Positions 39,801-48,427 of a DNA stretch of 64,000 nt are shown here, in pieces. Position 1 is the first letter of the stretch. Every line of letters begins with the position of its first letter. The notes under the pieces were generated by a model that made no database searches, was not told the DNA's origin, and was given only the letters and a program-made list of their open reading frames with translations. Made by a program: the position numbers and the translations under genes. Origin of the DNA: an uncultured Gammaproteobacteria bacterium (GTDB lineage: Bacteria; Cyanobacteriota; Vampirovibrionia; LMEP-6097); contig CAZFCF010000011.1 in the NCBI GenBank assembly GCA_964517685.1, forward strand, positions 3,630 to 67,629. Reading direction: 5' to 3'.

Positions 39801-40036
39801 GTTTTGTGTCGTTAAGTTAAAGAATTATTCCGAGTGAAGGCGTCATTTCTTGATTCTAAAAATCCATCTTAAAAAGTTTGCCATTTCTTTACACCATATT
39901 AAGGTAGCTAGAATACTGAGCAAGAATAAGATAGGTAAATAGTATATTGTTTTAACTAAGATTAGTGTTGTTAAATCCAATCCTTCTCCGTTTACTACCA
40001 TGTAGCCACTTACCTCCCAAAACTAATATTAAGCTT

Positions 40037-40160
40037 AATCCTATCCGCAAAGTCACATCTGCGTCGTTACGCTCATTTCTCAGTCGCTCATTTACTATTA
40101 GTAAACTCCGCTCCCTCAAAACTCGCAAGCCTAGCATCTGTGAGCTTTTCGAACAGGATT
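40037..40160. repeat. Family C ~125-bp palindromic element, copy 1 (intergenic)
   Basis: AATCCT...CATCTGCGTCGTTACGCTCA...CAGTCGCTCATTTAC...GTAAACTCCGCT...CTCGCAAGCCTAGCATCTG...AGGATT. Confidence 0.88.
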
Positions 40161-40295
40161 TTAGTTATATCATTACTAAAATCCAATCGACCCCCATAAA
40201 ACAAAATTATTTCATTCTGACTTCTAAAATGAAAGGGGTCGAAATGACTTTTTGATTCAAGAGAATAAGCGCATGGTATGTTATGATGAATTGTA

Positions 40296-41012
40296 ATGGT
40301 AGAACCTGTACAGCCATCCGGAAGAAAAACTTTTTATAGATATATTTTGACTGCTGCTTTCTTTGTGGCAGTCCCATTTGTCGGAGTTGCAGTTAAACCA
40401 GATGTAGGCCGTGTTCTTGCAAGAAAGCTTGCAGGAAAAGAGGATCCTGAAATTTTATTTCAAAGAAATATTGATAATATAAATAGCAATTTTGATAAAA
40501 GGTTTGAAGATTTAAGAACTACTTGTAAGCAGCAACAAAAAATACTGGAAAAATTATTGAAAATAGATTTTTCCAAAGACATAGATGTTTATAAAGGTAG
40601 GCTATCTAGAACAATGTCACTAGAAAAACATAGTGAAGAATATCACTGGAAAAGTGTAATTGATAGTTTTGATGAAAATACTACAGCTGTTAGAGAATTA
40701 ATAAATAAACCTAGTGTTCAAGCAGCTTCTAGAGAAATGACTAATTTGAAATTCGTTTTAAATACAATTCATAATTTAAATTATTTAGCTGATAGTCACA
40801 TTGAAGTAATAAAAATACAAAGTATTTTAGTAACAGAAAGTGAGCCTAGTAAAATCAGAGAAAGTTTGATTGATTTAATTGGAATCGGAGGGAATAATCC
40901 TGTGGTGAATTTAGATGATCCGATTGCTTCTAAACGTCTTGAAGAAGTAGTAGAAAAAGCTAAACTCTTATTAAGGGAATTGGGTCTTGGTCCAGAAGAA
41001 TTAGAGTTTTAG
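40296..41012 (+). CDS. Hypothetical membrane-anchored helical protein
   Basis: 238-aa AT-rich ORF with one N-terminal TM segment. Confidence 0.7.
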   Translation: MVEPVQPSGRKTFYRYILTAAFFVAVPFVGVAVKPDVGRVLARKLAGKEDPEILFQRNIDNINSNFDKRFEDLRTTCKQQQKILEKLLKIDFSKDIDVYKGRLSRTMSLEKHSEEYHWKSVIDSFDENTTAVRELINKPSVQAASREMTNLKFVLNTIHNLNYLADSHIEVIKIQSILVTESEPSKIRESLIDLIGIGGNNPVVNLDDPIASKRLEEVVEKAKLLLRELGLGPEELEF

Positions 41013-41068
41013 CCCTTACTCTTGTATGATATAATTAAAACCTGCTTAGAGACTAGGTTTTAATAGGA

Positions 41069-41401
41069 ATGTCCCTCACCCCACATAAATTTGCAATTTC
41101 TGGATTTGCCGCGGCGGCAGAGGATGCAATGCAACCAGCGTTGGATTTAAATCAGTACGTTAGCAACTATCCTTCATCAACTTTCTATATGCAAGTCAGT
41201 GGTAATGCCAATAGTGACTTAGATATTTTTGATGGAGATATTTTAGTTATTGATAGGTCCTTATTGCCACGCAAAAACAAAAAAATAATCGTGGTGCGCA
41301 ATGATGAATTTAAAATCATCAAACTTAGTCCTAAAGATAGTTTGGATTGCCAAATAGAATATTGGGGAACTGTAACTCATCTAATTAGAAAACTCAAATG
41401 A
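41069..41401 (+). CDS. umuD: UmuD-like S24-family protein with degenerate active site
   Basis: GF..AAED...LDLN...PSSTFY, DGDILVIDRS, WGTVTH; ATGA overlap with umuC. Confidence 0.8.
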   Translation: MSLTPHKFAISGFAAAAEDAMQPALDLNQYVSNYPSSTFYMQVSGNANSDLDIFDGDILVIDRSLLPRKNKKIIVVRNDEFKIIKLSPKDSLDCQIEYWGTVTHLIRKLK

Positions 41402-42747
41402 AAATTTTTGCACTTTTGGATTGTAATAATTTTTTTGTTTCCTGTGAAAGAGTCTTTCAACCACGGTTACGTAATAGACCAGCGGTAGTGCTTTCAAACA
41501 ATGATGGTTGTATCATTGCACGCTCGAATGAAGCCAAAGATCTTGGTATTAAGATGGGTGAGCCGGTATTTAAATGTCAATATTTACTTGAGAAGCATCG
41601 TGTGCAAATGCGCTCTGCTAACTTCGCTCTCTATGGAGACCTTTCACAGAGAGTGATGTCTGAATTAAGTAGATTGGTTGGAGATTTAGAAGTTTATTCT
41701 ATTGATGAAGCTTTTCTTCTTCTTGGTGATACTAATAATTTAAGTCCAGAAGAAGCCCACCTTAAGGCTATTAATTTACAAGCACAGATTGAACGCTCTG
41801 TTGGTCTTCCTGTATCAATAGGAATCGGCACTAGCAAAACTCTTGCCAAGCTCGCTAATAAAATTGCCAAGGATAAAAAACAAGGAGTCTTCAGTTTCTA
41901 CTTTGATTTGCAAGATCAAGAACTGGTGAATGCTCAGCAAGATTCTTTTCTTTGTGAAATGAAAGTAGGAGATATTTGGGGTATAGGTTGGGGTTACCAA
42001 AAATTTCTGCGTGCACATAGTATTTATACAGCTTTAGATCTCAAATACACTAATGAAGCTTGGATTAAACAGCATATGGGTGTAACTGGCTTGAGAACAG
42101 CGCTTGAACTTAAAGGTCTAGAGTGCATTACTTTTAACGGTAATGATAGTGAGAGTCGAGATTCGCGCAGTGTAATTAGTTCGCGTTCTTTTGGTACTAC
42201 TGTTAAATCGCTTGATGTTTTAAAAGAGGCTTTAGCTAATTTTGTTGCTAATGCTGCGCATAAATTACGCCAGAAAAATTTAGCTGCCAAAAATATTTGT
42301 GTTTATTTGAGAAGAAATGCAAATGATGATAATCAGTGGTGGGGTAGTAGAGATTCAGCAACTATGAATTTGAGTGTGGCAAGTTCATATACACCGGATT
42401 TGATTAAGGCTGCTCATCAATTGGCAGAAGAAATTTATCAAGCAGGATCTTCTTATAAAAAAGCAGGAGTTGTTTTATATAGTTTGATTCCTGCAAATGA
42501 AATTCAATTAAATCTCTATACTCGTAAGGATGAAAATTCAGATTCACAAAATCGCTGTGCAGATTTAGTAGATGATTTAAATAGTTATTTAGGTAAAGGT
42601 ACTTTATTCTGGGCCGCAATGGGTACAGGTTCAATGAGTCCTACAGAAAAAACTACAAAGCAAGAGTTTGATATTTGGCAAGCAAGGCAATTTAAGCGCT
42701 CGGGCAGATATACTACAGATTGGAAGGAATTGCCGCTTGTCGTTTAG
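41398..42747 (+). CDS. umuC: Y-family DNA polymerase V catalytic subunit
   Basis: LDCNNFFVSCE, LSNNDGC, YSIDEAF, KTLAKLAN, SSRSFG, YKKAGV, S.RYTTDW.ELP. Confidence 0.93.
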   Translation: MKIFALLDCNNFFVSCERVFQPRLRNRPAVVLSNNDGCIIARSNEAKDLGIKMGEPVFKCQYLLEKHRVQMRSANFALYGDLSQRVMSELSRLVGDLEVYSIDEAFLLLGDTNNLSPEEAHLKAINLQAQIERSVGLPVSIGIGTSKTLAKLANKIAKDKKQGVFSFYFDLQDQELVNAQQDSFLCEMKVGDIWGIGWGYQKFLRAHSIYTALDLKYTNEAWIKQHMGVTGLRTALELKGLECITFNGNDSESRDSRSVISSRSFGTTVKSLDVLKEALANFVANAAHKLRQKNLAAKNICVYLRRNANDDNQWWGSRDSATMNLSVASSYTPDLIKAAHQLAEEIYQAGSSYKKAGVVLYSLIPANEIQLNLYTRKDENSDSQNRCADLVDDLNSYLGKGTLFWAAMGTGSMSPTEKTTKQEFDIWQARQFKRSGRYTTDWKELPLVV

Positions 42748-42882
42748 CTAGCAGTGCTAGTTTTAATCGAGATTTTAGTAAAAATTGAAAAAATCTAAAT
42801 ATGCTGGGCTCTTTATAGGACATATTTTTTTACGTGATATATTCTTAAATTGTGTTTTGTACTGGAAAACACATTGCGATGT

Positions 42883-43036
42883 ACTCGGGTTGCCGAGTGC
42901 GGGGCTAACAAATAGAATATGCGCCTGTAGCTCAGCGCCAGCGGAACGGTTGAAAAACCGTGAAGCGAAAATAAAAAACTCACTCGGGTTGCCGAGTGCG
43001 GGGCTAACAAATAGAATATGCGCCTGTAGCTCAGCG
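42883..43036 (+). repeat. 55-bp exact direct repeat of the tRNA-Lys leader plus tRNA 5' end
   Basis: ACTCGGGTTGCCGAGTGCGGGGCTAACAAATAGAATATGCGCCTGTAGCTCAGCG at 42883-42937 and 42982-43036. Confidence 0.92.
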
Positions 43037-43094
43037 GTAGAGCACTCGGCTTTTAACCGATTGGTCGAAGGTTCAAATCTTTCCAGGCGCACCA
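43020..43094 (+). tRNA. tRNA-Lys(TTT)
   Basis: Acceptor GCGCCTG/CAGGCGC, D-arm GCTC/GAGC, TCGG-CTTTTAA-CCGA, GGTTCAAATC, CCA. Confidence 0.96.
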
Positions 43095-43095
43095 T

Positions 43096-43139
43096 TATAA
43101 AAAAATAGACACCCCTTTGCGGGTGTCTATTTTTTTATA
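43096..43139. terminator. Bidirectional intrinsic terminator
   Basis: TATAAAAAAATAGACACCC-N6-GGGTGTCTATTTTTTTATA between tRNA-Lys and the convergent gene. Confidence 0.9.
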
Positions 43140-43180
43140 GGGTATGTGTGAAGCTTGATTCTTGACTAGCCAGTTAAAAG

Positions 43181-44641
43181 CTACGCCGCCAACGCCTTCT
43201 TCTTACTCTCTACTCTCCATTTAGTGATTTGGTTTGCAGCTAAAGTCACTAACAATACTCCAATAGAATGTAGAGTGATTCCGGCATAAAGTGTTTTGGC
43301 GTGCGCATCGCGGGCGTCTTTTTGTAATTCAGGATTATCCTGGGTACGTTCAAGTACATGATGGATCTTGGCTGGATCAGGTGCCCACTTCCCGACATAA
43401 TGTGGCTCTACTAAGATGCCTTGTTCAACGCCATGTTTATCAGCTAACTTTTTGTCGAAGTAAGATGCAAGTGTTCCATTAGCCACTCTGTGACCTAGCC
43501 ACCATGAAGGTATTAGAGTGAAGAACTTAATCAATCTTTCTATAAATTCATCGGAACCTTGAGTAGTACCGAAAGCTCCAAACCATTTAGGTACTGTGGT
43601 GTAACTAAAAAGCAAACCTAATTTTGGAAATAATCCATGAGTCATGTCCAAACCACTTCGCAATGTCTTCAGGAAGGGACTTGCATTAACTTTCTTGGGA
43701 TCGCGTGTAATGCTCATAAATATTGAGTTTAATAGTGGCGATAAAAATAGTGCAGTTCCACCAAAGATTTTTTGTATTGGGTTTAATTGATCTGCTTCAC
43801 CGAGTTTTTTACTATCAGCATCACTTAAATATTTTTTGGTACCTGTGAACCTTTCTTCTTTGAGAATGTTTTTTCTAAACCATCTTAAAGCTAAACCAAA
43901 GCCGCCCCACATCAAGCCTTCAAAACAGCTTTGACCTATAATAGTTGCTTCTTTGAGTTTGTTAAAACGTTTCACTGCATCTTCTGAATAACTTAAATTA
44001 GAAATGAATCCTTCTAACTCATTAGCTTGCTCGAAATATTTTTGTTCCTTCTTGAAATTCTTTATCTCGCCATATAGTTTCCCTACTCTATTTAGATCTT
44101 GTGGTTCTTCTGCAAGTATCCTCTGCAAGCCTTTTTGGAAGCTAGTTTCATCCGTAAGCTCTTCTCGATAGAATCTAGAAATTTTATCAAAGTGTGGTTT
44201 CTCATTTGCATTTAAACAAAAATTACTGGCAACATTTGCAACAGTCTTGGTAAGTAACGGAGCTAAAATTAATGAGGTGCTACTCCAGGCACCTTCAAGG
44301 CAAGCCTCCAGAAAACTTTTCCAATTACGAGTTGCTCCAGCGATCATTACCGGAATATCAAAAGCAGTTAAGTCTAAAACCAAACGTGTTATTGATTCAC
44401 GTGAATCAATAATGCCTGCATATTTTTTTGCGATGTCCCAAAAGCCTGTTCGAAAAGTCCCATCTGCGTTGTTACGCTCACCCTTCAGTCGCTCATTTAC
44501 ATTAGTAAACTCCGCTTCCTCAGTTCTCGCAAGCCTAGCATCTGGGAGCTTGAGAAGTAGGCTTTTATTAGTAGGTAGAATTTCCACTGCTTGAAAACTT
44601 CTCGCGGCATTATTATTTATGCTTAGAGTTGCGCCTGACAT
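43181..44641 (-). CDS. Orphan multi-pass membrane protein carrying an in-frame palindromic element
   Basis: 486-aa ORF with several moderately hydrophobic segments; GAGG RBS; ends KKALAA. Confidence 0.8.
   Translation of the reverse strand: MSGATLSINNNAARSFQAVEILPTNKSLLLKLPDARLARTEEAEFTNVNERLKGERNNADGTFRTGFWDIAKKYAGIIDSRESITRLVLDLTAFDIPVMIAGATRNWKSFLEACLEGAWSSTSLILAPLLTKTVANVASNFCLNANEKPHFDKISRFYREELTDETSFQKGLQRILAEEPQDLNRVGKLYGEIKNFKKEQKYFEQANELEGFISNLSYSEDAVKRFNKLKEATIIGQSCFEGLMWGGFGLALRWFRKNILKEERFTGTKKYLSDADSKKLGEADQLNPIQKIFGGTALFLSPLLNSIFMSITRDPKKVNASPFLKTLRSGLDMTHGLFPKLGLLFSYTTVPKWFGAFGTTQGSDEFIERLIKFFTLIPSWWLGHRVANGTLASYFDKKLADKHGVEQGILVEPHYVGKWAPDPAKIHHVLERTQDNPELQKDARDAHAKTLYAGITLHSIGVLLVTLAANQITKWRVESKKKALAA
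44440..44566. repeat. Family C element, copy 2, in-frame within the CDS
   Basis: Homologous to 40037-40160; terminal arms AAAAGCCT/AGGCTTTT; encodes KSLLLKLPDARLARTEEAEFTNVNERLKGERNNADGTFRTGF. Confidence 0.9.
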
Positions 44642-44736
44642 TTTGTAAATTGCCTCAAATCCTTTCTGCTAAAACCTTTAAGCCTCTAATCTTAGCAAAT
44701 TGAATTGACATATTACCTTAATGTTATGCTTTTTAC

Positions 44737-45828
44737 GTGGGTACTAATATTCAAGAGGTTTTTAGCAAATTACTCTGGTCTAAAACCAAGAGTTTTGGCT
44801 TGCCGCCAGGCACGCTTACGGAGGCTAATACAAACCCTAATGCGGTTATTAGTGTCATGAAATATAACTCTTTCAATTACTCTAAGCACGAGCTTCCTGA
44901 TTTAGATTTACTCAAGCATGAAGTCCCCAATATCAATCCAAATTCAGTGATGTGGCTAGATTTGGATACGGTGCATGATACGACAGCGGTTAAGAAACTT
45001 GGTGAAATATTTAATATCCATCCTTTGGTGCTCGAAGATATTTCCAATGTTCATCAGCGACCAAAGCTTGAAGATATGGATGATTACATATATTTGGTAG
45101 TCAGTATGATCTATTTGGATCATCATACTAAAGAGATAATCAAAGAACAAATCAGCTTTATTTTAGGTGAAGGTCTCTTGATTTCATTTCAAGAAAAACC
45201 TGGAGATGTTTTTAATATTGTTAGAAAGCGCTTAGAGACAGCAAAAGGACGTTTGAGAAAAATGTCTGCTGACTACTTACTCTATTCATTGTTGGACGTA
45301 ATTCTCGATAACTATTTTATAGTTCTTAATTACATTAATGAGCAAGTAAATAAATTGAGTATTGGTATTGATAAAGTTCAGAGTAATGAAAAAATTTCTG
45401 AAGTCCAAAATCTCAAACAAAAACTTTTAAATATAACTCGATATATAACCCCAATTAAAGAAGTGACTTGGAATTTGTTGAAAATTGAGTCAGATTTAAT
45501 TCATGAATCAACTGAATTTTATTTCAAGGATTTGAATGATCATATACTCCAGATCGATGATTCCGTCGATGTTCTACGTGATTCTTTGACCGGGTTATTG
45601 CAGTATGCAAATTCCATAATCAGTAATAAATTAAATGAAATTATGAAAGTTCTTACGGTAGTTTCAACAATTTTTATTCCTTTGAATTTTATTGCCAGTA
45701 TTTATGGGATGAACTTTGCAGAGATGCCAGAGTTGAATTATCAATATGGATATTTTGTAATAATGAGCATAATGACTACTTTAGGTGTGGGGATGCTCAC
45801 TTTCTTTAAGGTCAAAAAGTGGATATAA
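44737..45828 (+). CDS. corA: Magnesium/cobalt transporter CorA
   Basis: GLPPGTL, IHPLVLEDI...QRPK, SFQE, LNEIMKVLT, YGMNF..MPEL. Confidence 0.95.
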   Translation: MGTNIQEVFSKLLWSKTKSFGLPPGTLTEANTNPNAVISVMKYNSFNYSKHELPDLDLLKHEVPNINPNSVMWLDLDTVHDTTAVKKLGEIFNIHPLVLEDISNVHQRPKLEDMDDYIYLVVSMIYLDHHTKEIIKEQISFILGEGLLISFQEKPGDVFNIVRKRLETAKGRLRKMSADYLLYSLLDVILDNYFIVLNYINEQVNKLSIGIDKVQSNEKISEVQNLKQKLLNITRYITPIKEVTWNLLKIESDLIHESTEFYFKDLNDHILQIDDSVDVLRDSLTGLLQYANSIISNKLNEIMKVLTVVSTIFIPLNFIASIYGMNFAEMPELNYQYGYFVIMSIMTTLGVGMLTFFKVKKWI

Positions 45829-45890
45829 AATATAACCTTTTTCTAGATTAATTAAATTTTAGATGAAATAGTTTGAGCTCAAATCATTTG

Positions 45891-45899
45891 TGGTATAAT
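45891..45899 (+). promoter_or_regulatory. Extended -10 promoter element
   Basis: TGGTATAAT, 10 nt before the structured-RNA candidate. Confidence 0.6.
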
Positions 45900-45909
45900 G
45901 GATAGCATA

Positions 45910-46112
45910 GGTTTGGAGCGGTGCCCCGGAGGGTTATGCATCAAATCTATATAAGGAAATGAGTGGAATAGCACTTTGGAGCCCGCGACGGAAGTTAAGG
46001 GAACTATAGAGCTAATCTGTAGAACTTCAGGACCTTCTCTTATAGAGCTGGATTGGCGGCTGTGACGCCAATCCAGTGAGTAGGGGAAAATTAGAGCCTT
46101 AACAACCAAACC
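45910..46112 (+). ncRNA. Putative ~200-nt structured RNA, family unassigned (6S RNA is one candidate)
   Basis: GC-rich island; ends pair (GGTTTGG/CCAAACC); internal stems GTTAAGG/CCTTAAC, CTATAGA/TCTGTAG and CTGGATTGGCG/CGCCAATCCAG. Confidence 0.6.
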
Positions 46113-46120
46113 GATTTTAT

Positions 46121-46429
46121 ATGAAAAAAAATAACCAAGATATTCTGAAAAAGAAACCAATTGAGTTTATTCAATTAGAGTTTGTTTTCTTAATTGCATT
46201 GGTATTATTTACTGCAGGATCCCTTAAAGCTCATACCGATACCTTCCAAGATACGGAGGCTGGTGAATATCGTAATACTCATGATGATATAACGACAGTT
46301 GGAGCTAAGGAAAAAATTCCCAGCTTGGAACAAGCTGATCAAAATAGAAAAAACAATTTAGAAAAGAAAACTGAGCCCAAAGAAACTGTGACCCCAGATT
46401 ATATTGACAAGGATGAGAATAAAAAGTAA
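46121..46429 (+). CDS. Small membrane-anchored or exported protein
   Basis: 102 aa, one hydrophobic segment, charged tail, followed by a terminator. Confidence 0.65.
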   Translation: MKKNNQDILKKKPIEFIQLEFVFLIALVLFTAGSLKAHTDTFQDTEAGEYRNTHDDITTVGAKEKIPSLEQADQNRKNNLEKKTEPKETVTPDYIDKDENKK

Positions 46430-46485
46430 TAACAAGGTTTCAATAGCTTTGTTAAATCTTTCTCAAATTTACTACGCACCTTAAA

Positions 46486-46519
46486 CAAAAGCCTTATGTG
46501 GTAAGGCTTTTGCTTTTTT
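46486..46519 (+). terminator. Intrinsic terminator
   Basis: CAAAAGCCTTA-TGTGG-TAAGGCTTTTG followed by CTTTTTT. Confidence 0.8.
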
Positions 46520-46572
46520 ATGTCAGAAATCAAGACCTTCACAAAAGCATTATTCCTGTTAGAATTCTCTGC

Positions 46573-47079
46573 ATGGTTGTAACTTCGCTTCAAAGTTTCC
46601 CACCCGCAGCTCCAGTAGTAACTGGCAGAGTGCATAGATCCCAAATCGGGTCACCAAAAGATTTTCAAAATTCAAAGCGATTAAATCATGCAAGAACAAC
46701 TGCAGAGTTTCTTGCTAGAAGAAATCCAGAAGAACTTACTAATATAATTTTCCAAGCTATAAAACAATCATCATCAGAGAAAGCAGAAGAGTTCCAAACT
46801 ATTAATAAAGAGATTGAATCTGCAACGGAAGCTTTTATGCAAGGTAAGCCAATTGATCAAAAATTAATAGCTGAGCAAATCTCTAAATTAATGGCGATAG
46901 TAAATTCAGTCCCTAGAGCGCATAACCTTATGGCTCAATATTTATCAGATAGTTTTTCACAATTAGGAATGACTCGTAATCAAATTAAGCCTTTAGTAAA
47001 AAGCTTGGAATCGCCTATCCCTGCTCCAGCTATTGCTCATGGCTTAAATATAGCTAAGCAACTTGCAATGGCAGCCTAA
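46573..47079 (+). CDS. Orphan helical protein
   Basis: ATG at 46573 preferred because the track's start lies inside the terminator; MVVTSLQSFPPAAP..., ends QLAMAA. Confidence 0.7.
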   Translation: MVVTSLQSFPPAAPVVTGRVHRSQIGSPKDFQNSKRLNHARTTAEFLARRNPEELTNIIFQAIKQSSSEKAEEFQTINKEIESATEAFMQGKPIDQKLIAEQISKLMAIVNSVPRAHNLMAQYLSDSFSQLGMTRNQIKPLVKSLESPIPAPAIAHGLNIAKQLAMAA

Positions 47080-47155
47080 ACACTTCAATAATTATTAAAG
47101 ATTTTTATTTTTGATCAATTTCATGAGGATTTCTTGCTAGAATTCCCCAAAGTGG

Positions 47156-47470
47156 ATGGCTGAAGTCCTTAAAAAAAGCCGTCTAGGTACAAAAATGCAG
47201 TCTCAAATAGAAAATCAAGAAAACAAGAAAAACGGCTTTATGCAATGGCTGACTGAAGATGATTCACCAGAAATTGGTATCGCAACTAAAGAGCCTCTTA
47301 AAGACTATATTCAAGGTGTTAAGACTGAGTTTAAGAAGATTTCTTGGCCTAGTAGAGAACAGGCATTTAGCGAGCTGCTAACAGTGATTGTTATAGTGGC
47401 TTTGATTACAGTATTAGTATTTATTCTAGATATTGGGATTGATAAAGTTATAAACACATTCAGAGGTTAA
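47156..47470 (+). CDS. secE: Preprotein translocase subunit SecE
   Basis: EFKKISWPSRE followed by a single TM; directly upstream of nusG. Confidence 0.92.
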   Translation: MAEVLKKSRLGTKMQSQIENQENKKNGFMQWLTEDDSPEIGIATKEPLKDYIQGVKTEFKKISWPSREQAFSELLTVIVIVALITVLVFILDIGIDKVINTFRG

Positions 47471-47479
47471 TTTTTACAA

Positions 47480-48046
47480 ATGGGAATTCTAAAAACGAAG
47501 ACAGGTAGCAGAGGTTGGTATGTGGTGCAAACCGCAAGCGGACACGAAAATAAAGTTAAAGGTCATATCGAGAAACGTATCGAGACTATGGCTGTGCAAG
47601 ACAAAATTTTTGCAGTTGTAATTCCTGAAAGAACTGTTGTAAAAGTTAAAGGTGGCAAAAGACAAGAGAAGAAAGAAAAAGAATATCCTGGATATGTTCT
47701 TGTCGATATGGTTTTAGATGAAATGTCTTGGACTACTGTGCGTGAAGCTCCTGGAGTTCTTGGTTTCGTTGGTGATAAGAATCGCCCTACAACTTTAAGC
47801 GAAGCAGAAGTAAGAAGAATTCTTCGTAAAAACGCATTACTTGATGATGTTAAACTTGGTGAAAAACGTGAGATTAACTTCAACATTGGTGATACAGTTA
47901 AGATACAAGCTGGTCCATTTGAAGACTTTATTGGTGAAGTAGCAGAAATCAATGAAGAGAGAATGACAGTTAAGGTTAACGTTATAGTCTTCGGTAGATC
48001 TACTCCGACAGAAGTTCCAGTTAACCATGTTGATAAAGTTAGTTAA
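47480..48046 (+). CDS. nusG: Transcription factor NusG
   Basis: WYVVQTASGHE.KV, YPGYVLV, PGVLGFVG, KOW GPFEDF.G, FGRSTP. Confidence 0.97.
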   Translation: MGILKTKTGSRGWYVVQTASGHENKVKGHIEKRIETMAVQDKIFAVVIPERTVVKVKGGKRQEKKEKEYPGYVLVDMVLDEMSWTTVREAPGVLGFVGDKNRPTTLSEAEVRRILRKNALLDDVKLGEKREINFNIGDTVKIQAGPFEDFIGEVAEINEERMTVKVNVIVFGRSTPTEVPVNHVDKVS

Positions 48047-48049
48047 TCT

Positions 48050-48427
48050 GTGATTTCAATACTTTATACGCTTAGCAAAATTTTACTAATAGTAGGAGCT
48101 TTAGGCATATCTACTTTGCTCCTAGCTTTTTGCATTAAAAGCAAAAAAATTATCAAAGAGCTAAAAACTTGGGAGATTTTTTTACTGAAACAAGCAGCGC
48201 GTGATTGGAGCCTATACTCTTTTTATTCAGCGATCTCAAATTCATTAGTTGGTTTCTTTGTGAAAAAAACTACAGGTATATATTTCTATCCAATTCCTTT
48301 TTGGTTTAAGCTTGCAAGAAATATTCCTTTTATAAAAAAATACTCTAACCTCGAACAGCTCTATAGTCCTATTCGTAAAATTATTGATTCAGGTATAGAG
48401 ATTAGCAATAAACTTAGAAATAGATGA
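48050..48427 (+). CDS. Hypothetical membrane protein
   Basis: 125-aa ORF that exactly fills the nusG-GT gap; N-terminal TM. Confidence 0.55.
   Translation: MISILYTLSKILLIVGALGISTLLLAFCIKSKKIIKELKTWEIFLLKQAARDWSLYSFYSAISNSLVGFFVKKTTGIYFYPIPFWFKLARNIPFIKKYSNLEQLYSPIRKIIDSGIEISNKLRNR

Noticed and set aside
39952-40255. 61-aa and 96-aa ORFs
   Set aside because: They mostly consist of the family C repeat and have no independent coding evidence.
42775-43108. Three overlapping ORFs with duplicated peptides
   Set aside because: They are translations of tRNA-Lys and its 55-bp duplicated leader.
45879-46160. 93-aa minus-strand ORF
   Set aside because: It is antisense to the structured-RNA candidate and overlaps the 46121 gene; the promoter is on the plus strand.
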